Assembly (NCBI GenBank): GCA_013265495.1
Contig: MU058547.1
Span: forward strand, 1-64,000
Length of the DNA: 64,000 nt
Direction: 5' to 3'
DNA from: Vicugna vicugna
Taxonomy: Eukaryota
Below, one piece after another: positions 1-12,055 of this stretch. The number at the start of each line of letters is the position of its first letter. The stretch's first letter is position 1. Both the position numbers and the translations under genes were made by a program. The notes below the pieces were generated by a model that saw nothing but the letters and a program-made list of their open reading frames with translations, had not been told where the DNA came from and did not search any database.

Positions 1-2031
1 TGACCACTGACCCCTAAATCTGGTTGCTAAGCAGAATCACTGGGGGCTTTTAAACATGCAAATTCCCACTCCCCCTGCCGCTCCCCCGCCCCGAGTCTGA
101 TTCCACAGGAGCGGAGAGGGCAGGGCCTGGAATCTGGGCTTTCAGAAGCTCCCAGGGATCCAGACATACTGTCCGACGTCTGATGCCAACCCAGGGGATT
201 TCTACAAATACAAACCAGATCTGGTTGCCGCCTCCTCCAACTCTGCCAGGGCTCCCAGGACTCAGGATAAAACCCAGCTCCCTGGAGTGCCTCCCTCTGC
301 TTTGCCTGCACTGCGCACATGCTCTGTGCCAAGCTGAAGCTCCTGAAAGCCTCAGGCTGGGTCCTCTCCCCTCCTGGCCCACCAGCTGTATACCCCCTGG
401 AGAAGCAGAGCCCCTCAGACTCCCCCACCATGCCGTCCTGACTCCTGACCTCTCAGCAGAGTGGGGCGGGCCTTTCCTGGGCTTCAGTCTCCCTCTGCCA
501 CTTCTACTCCTATTCCTAGGATGACTTCCAGCCCATCCTCCACAGCAGAGCTTCTCAGGTTGTACCCCTTCCTCTCTTCTCCTTCATCCCCTCCCAGGTG
601 TGCCCATTCACTCCCACACCCTGTTGTTGCCCTGTTTAAACAGATGATGCCCCACATCTGCCCCCAGACTCTCTCCCTTGGTTCTGGATCCCAGGGTTCC
701 TCTGGCTACTGACCACATCACCTCCCTTAGATTTCCCACTGGCGCACCACACCCAGCTCCTCAGCACCTTCCCGCTGAGGGGAGGCAGAGAAAGGAGAGG
801 CTGTGGTCATCCACAGCCAGAGGAGAGCCTAGGGTGTGGGGTCAGGGGCAACCTGGGCTGTGGTCCCTTCTCTGAAAAGCCCCAAAGTGAAGAGCAAGTT
901 TCCAGGAACCACAGAAGGGGCATTATTTGAAGCTATCTCCAGTCCCAACATCTGACTGCACAGGATAGACGAGGCCTGACTAGACGGGGTTCAGAGTGGA
1001 CCACAAGCTCACTGAGACTGTAAATACTGGACCACATGCTCAGAGTGTCGGATGGAGATTCACGGGGCTCCAGGTGAAGGAACCCTTGCACCCTCCTTGA
1101 GCAGATCTCCTCTGGGAAATGGTGGCCAGTCACAGACTTCACATCTAAAAAGAAATTGACAGATTCTCCTGGCTGTGGTGACACATCTGGGCAGAATCTG
1201 GAAGGGCTGGGGGTGTTCTGTCCCAAGAGGGGACCTGAAAAGGCCAGCAGAAACCTGTGGGCCTGTCCCGGGACAGAGGGGGCCCTTGTCTGAGAGGGCA
1301 GATCTGAGAAGAATGGGCAGAAGCCCCATGGGGACTGGGGTTCACCTGATGCAGAAAGAACTTTCTATGAATAACTGCCCCACAATGGGGGTCCTGTCAG
1401 AGAGACGAGGCCCCCAAACAGACACCTCTTCCCCACCGTTCTTATTCCCGGGCTCTAAGTGACTCTGGCTGTATCCCAGGGTCAAGCCCAGGACCAGATA
1501 AGCCCCAGTAATGGACTGGGATGGGCACTGGCCCAAGACTGGTGGAGGAAACTTGCTCCCCCAGCCCCACCCAAAACCTGCAAGGATGTGGGGCTGGAAC
1601 TGCTGCAGCTCCAAGTTGGCACCAAAGGAGCCTGGGGGGTAGGTCCTCCTGAGAAAGCACAGCCAAAAGACAGACCGTGCAGGAGGCCTGGAGTCCCAGG
1701 CGATGCCTGTAGGGGCCCTTCCCTTCTCCTGCTGAGGTGGGCTTCCAGGCATGTGCAGTGGGTACAGCCTGAATGGAGGTGAGAGTCTAGGGGCAAACAT
1801 GAGCCGGCCCCGGCTGGGGCAGGATCCATCCCCGAGGGAGACCCAGGGCTGCTGCAGTGATTCTGTGCCCTGTGCTTTGCCCGTCGGGGGTGCTGGCTGG
1901 GCACACGTGAGGCACCATCCCACCTACCACCCGTTCCCCATCTCTGCTCAAGGGAGCCGGCGTCCTGAGAGGTGGCCCTGCAGGGGGAACGGGCAAGTGG
2001 CCCCATCTGTACCCCCATCCCAGGAGCTCAC

Positions 2032-2239
2032 CTGTCGAACAGGGGCTTCTCCCCACAATCAAAGGAATCCTGCAGGTCCCTCAACAGGTTGGCCTAGCCA
2101 GGCATGCGGAAGAGGCCCTCCTCGGTGAGCCCGCGCTCCCGGATGAAGTCCACGCACTGCTCCACCAGCAGGGGCACCAGGCTTGGGCCATACTTGCACT
2201 CGTGGTGGACGGTGTCCTCCAGGCACTGCCCAAAGATCC
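2032..2239 (-). pseudogene. ARHGAP22: ARHGAP22 first RhoGAP-domain exon (208 bp) with in-frame premature stop
   Basis: Minus strand reads cag|GG ATC TTT GGG... = (G)[67 protein letters not shown]|gtgag. This matches recalled ARHGAP22 ([70 protein letters not shown]). AG and GT are canonical. TAG at 2096-2094 replaces Gln. Confidence 0.93.
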
Positions 2240-2726
2240 CTGGGCATAGAGATCCCTGATCACACCCTCAGTTCTCCGGCCCAGCGATGGGGAAGGGCAC
2301 CGGGGACAACGGACGGCAAGGGACGCTGCAGGGGCCAAGGGCAACTCCCTCCCAAGGGAGCAAATGAGAAAGAGGGAGGAGATGCACCAGGCGGCTGGGA
2401 TGGGGCTGGAGCACACAGCTGGCAGTAGCCCGGCCTGTGGACCCTTCAAACAGTCCTCAGGGAGCATGCGTTATGTGCTTTACTGATTGGTTTATTTATA
2501 CAGCACTAACCTCCAAATAGGAATGGCTTACATTAAAAACCCAGCAGTGTCCACTAAGAGACGCACCCTTCAACTGGCCCCTCTCAGGCCCAGTTGAAGG
2601 CACCATGAGAGGGTGTGGTGTGTGCAGGGGCTAGAGAGGCCCAGGTGTGGCGGTGGAAGGAGGTCAGGAGGGGGTGCTGGAGAAGGGTGTCAGGTAACAC
2701 TCTCAAGGTTAAGAAGCTGGGCTTTC

Positions 2727-4373
2727 CATTACTAAAGACAAAGAAAGAGGCTGGAGGAATAACCCTCTGAGACTTCAGACAATACTATAGAGCTACAGTA
2801 ATCAAAACAGCATGGTATTGGTACAAAAACAGACATATGGACCAATGGAACAGAATAGAGAGCCCAGAAATGAACCCACAAACTTTTGGTCAACTAATCT
2901 TCAACAAAGGAGGCAAGAACATACAATGGAATAAAGACAGTCTCTTCAGCAAATGGTGTTGGGAAAACTGGACAGCAGCATGTAAAACAATGAAGCTAGA
3001 ACACACCCTTACACCATATACAAAAATCAACTCAAAATGGATTAAAGACTTAAACATAAGACAAGATACAATAAACCTCCTAGAGGAAAACATAGGCAAA
3101 ACATGATCTCACATACATCTCAAAAATGTTCTCCTAGGGCCATTACCCAAGTAATAGAAATAAAAGCAAGAATAAACAAATGGGACCTAATGAAACTTAC
3201 AAGCTTCTGCACAACAAAGGAAACCATAAGCAAAACAAAACAATAACCTATGGAATGGGAGGAAATTTTTGCTAAAGATGAAACCAACAAAGGCTTGATC
3301 TCCAGAATATATAAGCAGCTCATATGACTTAATAAGAAAAAAACAAACAACCCAATCCAAAAATGGGCAGAAGACCTAAACAAGCAATTCTCCAAGGAAG
3401 ACTTACGAATGTTCAATAGGCACATAAAAAATGCTCAATATCACTAANNNNNNNNNNNNNNNNNNNNNNNNNNNNNNNNNNNNNNNNNNNNNNNNNNNNN
3501 NNNNNNNNNNNNNNNNNNNNNNNNNNNNNNNNNNNNNNNNNNNNNNNNNNNNNNNNNNNNNNNNNNNNNNNNNNNNNNNNNNNNNNNNNNNNNNNNNNNN
3601 NNNNNNNNNNNNNNNNNNNNNNNNNNNNNNNNNNNNNNNNNNNNNNNNNNNNNNNNNNNNNNNNNNNNNNNNNNNNNNNNNNNNNNNNNNNNNNNNNNNN
3701 NNNNNNNNNNNNNNNNNNNNNNNNNNNNNNNNNNNNNNNNNNNNNNNNNNNNNNNNNNNNNNNNNNNNNNNNNNNNNNNNNNNNNNNNNNNNNNNNNNNN
3801 NNNNNNNNNNNNNNNNNNNNNNNNNNNNNNNNNNNNNNNNNNNNNNNNNNNNNNNNNNNNNNNNNNNNNNNNNNNNNNNNNNNNNNNNNNNNNNNNNNNN
3901 NNNNNNNNNNNNNNNNNNNNNNNNNNNNNNNNNNNNNNNNNNNNNNNNNNNNNNNNNNNNNNNNNNNNNNNNNNNNNNNNNNNNNNNNNNNNNNNNNNNN
4001 NNNCTAAAAAAAAAAAAAAGATGAACATAAATACAAAACAGAAACAGACTCATAGACATAGAATACAAACTTGTGGTTGCCAGGGGGGTGGGGGGGGGGA
4101 AGGGACAGATGGGGAGTTCAAAATTTGTAGATACTGACAGGTATATATAGACTAGATAAACAAGATTATACTGTATAGCACGAGGAAATGTATACAAGAT
4201 CTTGTGGTAGCTCACGGTGAAAAAGAATGCGATAATGAATATATGTATGTTAATGTATAACTGAAAAATTGTGTTCCACACTGGAAATTGACACAACATT
4301 GTAAACTGACTATAACTCAATAAAATAAAATTTAAAAAAAAGAAATTAACTGTTAAACCAAAAAAAAAAAAAA
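2727..4373 (+). mobile_element. 5'-truncated young LINE-1 (ORF2 3' part, 3'UTR, poly-A) spanning an assembly gap
   Basis: ORF 2837-3106 ([14 protein letters not shown]...KWCWENW) is L1 ORF2. The poly-A tail is at about 4320-4373. Target-site duplication CTGGGCTTTC lies at 2717-2726 and 4374-4383. Confidence 0.93.
3448..4003. other. Assembly gap (N run) inside the L1
   Basis: Run of n characters. Confidence 0.98.
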
Positions 4374-7300
4374 CTGGGCTTTCATCTGCAGGCCCTGTGG
4401 GGCTGAGATGGGGTTTAAGGAGGGATACAGGGTGACAGGAGCCATGCATGGGATGCTGGCTTGGGCTGTGGGCTAGAAGCGGCAGGGACGAACTTGGGAT
4501 GACTGGTCAGGAAAGCCAGCGCGGTCAAGAGGATGAGGGTCTCCCTGGGGATTGCAGTGGCCTTGGAGGCAGGGATGGGGACACTGCCCTGGGCAGGATC
4601 TCAGGAGCTGTCAGCCTTTGGCCATGGGGAATGAAGCAGGGGACAGAGCTGAGAGCCAGGAAGCTGGGAGAAGAGACAGGAGGGAGAGCAGGACTCCAGC
4701 TGGCATTCTGGATTTGCAGGCTGGAGGGGGGCACTGCAGGGGGAGGGCAGAGGATTTGGGGGCTGTTTCCTTAGAGGTGATCACAATAATGCCAAGGGAG
4801 GCAGGAAGGGCTGGGAAGGGGCTGTCCGGGAGGAGGGGTGTGGGCGGCTCTCAGGTGCTCAGAGCACCAGGATGGTTCACCAGGTCCAGCACCGGCACGG
4901 GTGTCAGGGACAAGGGTAGGAGGAGCAGAAGGGGGATGCAGGGACCAGCAGACTGCTCCTGGGGAATGATGATGGAAGGAAGGAGACGTGGGCTAGGCTG
5001 TGGCATGTACAAGGGTAAGAGATGGGTTTAAAAAAAATGTTCTGATGAATGACTGAGGCAGGTTTGTGGGCTGAGAGAAGGAGCCAGTGGAAGGGAGGGT
5101 GAGGGTGCTGGGGCCAGTCAGGACATGACAGGGGACAAGATCCCAGAAGACAGGAAGGCTCCCAGTGCTGAGATCAACCGGAAGCGTGAGGGGCAAAGAG
5201 TGGCAGCAGGGGTCCAGTGCACCTCAGAGGTCTCAGGGACCTGCAATCTGCCCTTGCCCCCTCCCTGGCCTAGAACAAAAGCTGCCTTGGTGCTGCCCTC
5301 CTGTACGACTTCTTCCTCCAAGTCTCAGCCTTGGGCCACGATGCAAAGTTGAAGCAAATGAAATCTGCCACTGAACAGACCCACCACAGAGCTCAACATA
5401 GCAGAAGCACCTGGAAACATCTCCCAGAAACAATGAAATCAGTGTCCTCAGAGTTCAGAGCAAGTCCGTGAGGGTGTAATCCTTCTCTGCACATCAGAGA
5501 CCCCTCGCTGAACTTTTGACTTCTGCAGAAGCCCCGGGGACCCAGGATGGCTCCATTTGTAACAATGTCTCACATGTAACAGTAAATGGGATTAATATCA
5601 CAACATATCAAGCCCCAAAACGCACCTGGAGCAATCCCTCCCCAGGTCCAGGCTGCCCGCCTGCAGCTCCACCACTAGCAGGAGAGCCAGGCTTCAGATT
5701 TTAAAGACATGTTGATTAGATCCACTATGGTGACTCCAGCACATGCTGTAGTTTTGCTGCTTTCTTCATGGGGTTTATTGTTTGAGTTTGCCTGCTTTAT
5801 CAAGTACACTTTTACCCAGGGATGACATGGTAAACTACCCTGTTGTAAAAATTTTGATTCAGAAATATTCAAGAATGAAGTCAAGAACAACAGCTGTTGT
5901 CTTGGGAAAAGTTATACCAATGACTAATGGACTCTGTTTTGATCTTAAATTAAAAAAAAAACCTGCATTTTTCTAAACTGGAAAGTCAGAAAGCTTCTTC
6001 ACAGGTACCTTGCAACAGCTAAACACATACCACACACCCCAAACAGGCGTGCTGCGTCACTGCTATGACAACTGAGTCACAGTCCAAAGCAGCATTTCTC
6101 AAAGTGTGTTCAAAGATGTACTTGCTGGAAGATGCTCTATAAAAGGCGAGTTGCCGGGGCCAACGTTTGGCGACTGTATCTACCATCCACCTGATCTGGA
6201 GTTGCACAAGTGCACCAATGTGTTGGAAGCTCTGAGAAGTCTAGCAGTGAAAAACCTTCCAAACTTCGATAACTCACCATTTCTAAGGTTATGAGCAAAG
6301 GAAACTTGCCCCCTGTTTGCAGCAGTACCGATTTGGAACAATGGTCCAAACTGTCTCCTGCCTAGCCAGACTGGCCACATGGCTTCAAATGTGTTAAATG
6401 AGGTGACGACATTCAAACATTTGAAGATTTGACATTAAAAACTAAGTGTCTGCCTTCCTTGAACTGCAGATCATCCTTCCTGCCTGCCAGTGACTGGCTG
6501 CCCGCTCTGGACAGGGCAGGCTCACTCTGACACCACAATGCTCCCCAGCCCCGCTTGCTCCAGGCTTGGCCAGCTCTGCTAATCTACATGGGCTTTGGGA
6601 ATTTGTGGGCCCCTCAGACTGGGTCCCTGTTCACGGGCTGCTGTGGCCAGCTGTGCCTTGGGATGCGTGGAAGGATGGGGGCAAACTGGGAAACATTCCT
6701 ACACCAGGCCTGTTCATTACCTGGATGGGTATAGCCTGGGGCCCCCAGCCCCAGAAGACAACCCTGGCAGGAGATGCCCCCGCCTCCCTTCCAGGCCTGC
6801 TGATTGAGTCCTCCCTAATCAAGGCCTTGCAAATCCATCCTTACGTCTGAGACTCTGGTTCCAACTCCCTACAGGGTTTACTGAGAAATGGTCAGGAAAG
6901 AGTAAAGCTGCAGCCAGCTCCCCAGTGAAATCCTTCCTGCTCTGCTCTGGGCTCTGGGCTGCCCCCAGCAGCTGGACCGTACCCTCTGAATCCTACTGCT
7001 GCCCTGGCCACCGCAACAGCCAAGACATGCTGGCCCTCGGTCTCCTCCCTCCAAACATGAAGCCCCACATGCAAAATTCTTTTTTTAAATCAAAGCTAGG
7101 AAAACTGTTGCTCTGGAGTAATGAAAACCATGTAACTGTTCATATTTGGTTTTAGCTGCAAAAGACTTAACCAGAAATACTGTCTTACGGTCAGACTAAC
7201 TCGGTTCTCTCTCTTTGCTCTATACGACCTGTTTAAATGTAGGATCTAATTTAGTTGTTACATTTATTACATGTTATAAGCTACCTCAAACTCTTTGCGA

Positions 7301-7619
7301 AACAAACCTTTGTATTTGTGACATCCTTAACATCACCTGGACAAGAATCCTTCAAGCTGTTTGACACATTTACACCTTTATCAGACCTTTCCAGGATATA
7401 CTTTTCAAGGAGCCGGAGCCTGGCGCCCATCCTGGTAAAGCCTGGCTGACCATTCGGTTTACAGGCAAGGCTTCCCAGACGCACGTTGTCATAACAGTCC
7501 CTTAGGGAAGTCCTTAAACACACAACCTCACAGGCTCTTCCCCAGAGCCTGTCCAGAAAAGTCAGGGTGGGGCCCGGGAATCTGCATGTTTAACAAGAAG
7601 TGGGTGCGGGGCATGTGGG

Positions 7620-8980
7620 TTTTAGGTTCCGGCGAGTTTGGGGAGCGCTGCAGTAAAGGGTTATATCACTATGTTTCTGACAATCAACAGGGATCGTTTC
7701 AGGCAGTTAAGGGTTAAACTGGAAGGGCCACGGCCCAAAGGAGGCCGGACCTCAGGCTGCCGCCAAAGGCTTCAGCGCGTTTCTCGGCTCGGAGCCCTCT
7801 CCAAGCCCGCCGCATTCCGCAAGCAGCTCCCCTTGAGGTTCCGCCACGACTTCTGGAAAACTGTGAGTTGGGGCCCCTGGGTCCAAATTAGTGACAGAGG
7901 CAGGCGAAGAGAATGAATGGCCCCGCTCCGAGGCAGTTAAGCCTCAGAGGCGGCGCCGGGCGCAGGCCAGGCTCCCCCTGCAGAGGACCTGCGGGCGGGG
8001 CCGGGCGCCGGGGTCTCCGCCGCCCCAGCCTTGGACTTGGCGGACCCGCGGCCAGCACTCCCCGTCCGCTCCGGGCCCCGGAGGGCGGGCGCTCCCCTCC
8101 GCTCGGCTCCCCTCCCACCCCGGAGCCGGACCCTAACCCCCATCCGGGCTCCGCGGAACAAGAGGAGCCCCTGGACGCGCGCGCTGCAAAGTTCGGAAAC
8201 TCTAGGGGAGTTGCAGCCACACCTGAGCCCTTTCCAAGGCGGGGCAGGTGTCGTGTGGCCCAGGGGAACCGGCGACCAGTCCCCGATGCGGGGCTGGCAG
8301 CCCCCAGTGGCGGCTGGAGGGAGCCGGCGGGACGCGCGCCGCGCAGGAGCGCAGAGGTCCCGAGCCTGCGGCGCACGTGCGCGCCCGAGAGTTACCTTTG
8401 GGCACTCGCAGGTGTCCCCTCCAGTCTTTGCAGCAGCACAGCCCCATGGCAGCGGCCCGCGCCCGCCGCTCGCCTCCAATGCCTGACACACCGCCTGCTG
8501 CCCGTGCCCCCGGAGCGGCGCGGCCAAGGTCTGGCCTCCGGGCAGTGCCCAGCCTGACGCGGGGCTGCGCGCGTGGCCACCGGCCCGGCCGGTCCCTTCC
8601 CCTCACTCTCCGTCCGGGTCCCGCGCCTCGGGCATCCCGGCCTCCGGGCAGACCCTGCTAATCAATAGGAGAACGCGCAGATCGCGCCGGCCGCGCCGCC
8701 AGCCCGCTTTTATCTCCGCGCGCCGGGGCGGCCCCGCGCCGGCTCCCTGCCCTCGCGGGCGCCCTCCCCGCGGCCCGTTACTCTCCTGGGGCGCCGAGCT
8801 GCGCGCTCGCGACGGGCCGCCAGGGGGCGCTGTGCGAGAGGGCGCGGTCTGCGGCTCCCTCCCCTGCCCGCAGGGAGCTGGCTAAGTATGCCGGGCGTTG
8901 ATACCAACCCACCGCAGACCAGAAGGAAAGGTCCCCTCGTGGTGCAAGTGCGGCGGCGCCCCTCCCCCAGCATCCCCTAA
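7620..8980 (-). promoter_or_regulatory. ARHGAP22: CpG island / promoter of the ARHGAP22 distal first exon
   Basis: Very high GC and CpG density, GC boxes, a TATA-like GATAAAAG on the minus strand at 8714-8707, and a CTCF-consensus-like GGCCGCCAGGGGGCGCTG at 8815-8832. Confidence 0.8.
8396..8447 (-). pseudogene. ARHGAP22: Coding part (52 nt) of a first exon, MGLCCCKDWRGHLRVPK+G; probably the distal alternative first exon of ARHGAP22
   Basis: Strong Kozak GCTGCCATGG and donor AAAG|gtaact. It is phase 1 and on the same strand as the RhoGAP exon. I recall a human ARHGAP22 isoform with a 52-nt first coding exon from a distal promoter, but have not verified this. Confidence 0.65.
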
Positions 8981-9229
8981 GTAGTCACCTCTTGGGTGAC
9001 TTTGGGAGTGTCTACCAGGGCCACTCTGCTTTCAGTTTCCCAGCTCACCTGCACTCTACAACTGTGAGTTGCCCAGGCTACCCCCAAACCTGGCTGGGCT
9101 ACCTATGGACTGTGTGACTTGGGGTAACCCTTCCTCCCTGAGACAACTCTCCTGAAATGTGCGGGAAAGGCCGCTTCAGATGTCATTTAGCACAAATTAA
9201 AGGTTTGATGGTATCAAGTTATTCAAACA

Positions 9230-9380
9230 CTTCGTGCTCAGTTTCCTCATCTATCAGATGGAAAGACTAATAGAACAGCTTCATTGGATCTTTGTGGGGA
9301 TTAAATGAATACATACACATATATGATTTAGGACACAACTGGCATGTTGCTAAGTGCTTTGTAAGTGTGAACCATCATTA
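9230..9380 (+). mobile_element. MIR SINE relic
   Basis: ctcagtttcctcatctatcagatgg...gattaaatga MIR core. Confidence 0.65.
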
Positions 9381-11191
9381 TCAAGTGTTGGTGAGAATTT
9401 GGGCAAATGGACACTTTTGCCAGAAGAGTCTGTTTTGGTGCAATCACTTTGGAAGCTAATGTTCATTTGCTGTGCTTATTAAAACAAAAAAATGCTAATA
9501 CCCTGGGTCCAAGCAATTCCATTTCTCAGCATGCGCTCAGCCTGAAGCCCCAGGAAAACCTCTACTAGGCTTTTCATTGCAGCCTTGTTTGTAACTGTGA
9601 AAGTTGAAACCAACAGGATGATCAGCAGTAAAGGGGTCATCAAATACACTGGCATTTTCATAAAATGAAATACTGTATCAAAGGAGGGAGATGCAGCTGA
9701 ATGTTTAAGATCTGTGGATTCATAGCACTGATGTAAAGCACACACCCTAAGAATTATTACTATACTATGTAATGCCCACTCTATGCTGGGTACTGCTCTA
9801 AGCACTGGGTCTAGAAAAACACTTGGGAAGAAAAAACAGCAAATCGAGAGTGATTCCCTCTAGGGAGACGGTGAGTGACAAGAGTGGATTGAAAGTGGGT
9901 GTCGAGGGAATTTAGCGTTCTTATAGTGGTCTAATTTCTTTAAAGGAAGGTATATTTACATGTTATTGTGTAATTAATCTAATGAGAGAAATTATTTCGA
10001 CTATCTGGCAGAGTAGGCTTCTTAATACTGGATTCTCTCTCACCCCTCCAGCTCCTAGGGTCTGTTCCTGCCCCTGAAACGGGGCTGTGGTCAACCTCTG
10101 ACAGCCTTGGCTGGACTGGCATTTTCTCCTTCCCTTCCAACCCCCATCCCATCTTGAGAACACAGAGGCAGTCCATGAGAAGAGCAGTGGCGAGGCCAGG
10201 CCAGAGGCAGAGGCTGCCAGCGGCATGGAGGAGAAGAGTTAATGGTGGGGGTGCGGGAGACAGGGAAAGAGAGGAAAGAATGACTTGGAACAGGGAAGAG
10301 GTTTTCCCAGGAGTTAAGTCTCATTCAAAGGAGAGATTAACACCAGTGGGACAGATTTCTGCCTCCCTCTCTAACTCTCCAGAAAGACCAGGATGAGGCT
10401 TCTTCAGGGAGACTGGAGACTTGTCCTGCACCCGATCTGGCAAGAAAGATGTTTTCATTTCATGACATGTAGGCGGGGGTTACAAGTAGGGAGGAACTGA
10501 GAAAAAACGGAAAGACCTGACTTCTGGTTGCTGCCAAGTCATTTTAAACAGTTTTAGCACCAGGCAAGATCACTTAGTCACAGCAGGCTTAATGAGGCCC
10601 CAGGAATTCCAAGCTGGAACTCCCTGCATTCAGGGAGAGCATGTGCGGGGAGCGAGCCCCCAGGTGACTGTCCAATGGCCAAGTCCTACATTTGGAAAGC
10701 AAGATTTAAAAGAAAACATCACAGCGGCCATTGTGGGCTGCTTGTTTATCTTTCTAAGACGAAGTAGCAAAGCAGGATCATTTCAAACGAGCCTGTTACA
10801 GAGGGTCAGTATCCCCACTGAACCATTCAAATGCATTTTGGGATACTCAGCTTTTCAAAGTGGCTTTAAATATCAACTCCCAGGGAAGTTTACAAGACAA
10901 AACACAAGGCAAGAGCTTATGGTATTATTGTCCTTGGTTTCACACACTTTAATTCCTGATTTTACATCGTTTTCTGGTTGTGTGTCTATTCCCTAGTAGG
11001 GAAGGAAAATAACAGTCACTATGTGTTTCCCATCATGTGCCAGGCAACTCACAAGTCCTGTTATCTTAATTAACCATAGGACAACCCTATGAGGCAGATG
11101 TCGTTAAATTCGATTTACAGAGGAAGAAACTAAAGTTCAGAGAGGTGAAGAGACTTGCCCAAGACCAGTAAAATGGTAAGTGTCAGAATCA

Positions 11192-11313
11192 CGGATGGAT
11201 GGATGGATGGATGGATGGACAGAAAGATGGATGGGTGGGTGGATGAATGGATGGATGGGTAGATGGGTGGAATGGTGGGCAGATGAACAGATGGATGGAT
11301 AGATGGATGGATG
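11192..11313. repeat. (GGAT)n degenerate microsatellite
   Basis: Direct reading of ggatggatggat... array. Confidence 0.95.
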
Positions 11314-11639
11314 GCATTTCTCCAGTTAGGTGTAGAGTCATGGGCTGCAACTGGAAAAGCACACACTGAGCATGGAATTTGCCTGAAAACTCAAAGTCCC
11401 TGAACTCATCATGACCCCACATCATCTTGAATTGATCCAAAACATAAAGATCACTTGGTGCTGCAAGGCTCCAGCTGAGCTCAAGCCACCAATTCCAGAA
11501 AACTGACCAGAGAGGTGGGGACCTCTGAGCATCCCATGCACCATGGGAAAGCAGAACCAGAACCAGGGGGTGGGTATCCAGGGAGTGCAATGGGCTCTGA
11601 GAGAATAGCTGGATGTCAGCTTTGGAGGACAGAGGCTCC

Positions 11640-12055
11640 GGTGGGGCTGAGGCCACCCCCAGACACCCAGAGCTCCACACCCTATGTGGTCCTGTGCCCT
11701 TGAATCTGGGCTGCCCTGTGACTTGCTTTAACCTACAGAAGGTGACAGAAGTGAAGTGACTCTGGACCAGTCCTGGGCCTAAATCCTCAGGCACATGGTA
11801 GCTTCTCCTGCTGTCTTCTAGGGAAAGCCATCTCCTTATGAGCAGCATGGACTCAGAGACCATGCTCCTGGAAGCCCAACCCAGCCATGTGGAGAAGTGA
11901 GGTCGGGGCCAGCATGTGAGTGCAGTGGTCCTCCAGCTGATGCAAGTAGAGCAGAGACAGTTGTCCCTACCAAGCCCTGTCCCCGCTGCAGAGCAGAGGG
12001 CTACATGTTGAAGTCACTAAGCTTTGGGGCACTTTGTTAGGCACTAACACACCTG
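11640..12055. mobile_element. Old MaLR (MLT1-like) LTR relic
   Basis: ccttgaatctgggctgccctgtgacttgctttaacc...agaagtgaagtg...ctaagctttggggcactttgttaggca is typical of MLT1. Confidence 0.6.

Noticed and set aside
27..2030. Many overlapping 60-190 aa ORFs in GC-rich sequence
   Set aside because: No recognisable protein motifs; chance ORFs in ARHGAP22 intronic DNA
3403..4449. Long ORFs of 194-348 aa
   Set aside because: Artefacts of translating the N gap
7888..8973. Long Arg/Pro/Gly/Ala-rich ORFs on both strands
   Set aside because: Stop-poor CpG island; only the 52-nt exon has Kozak and donor support
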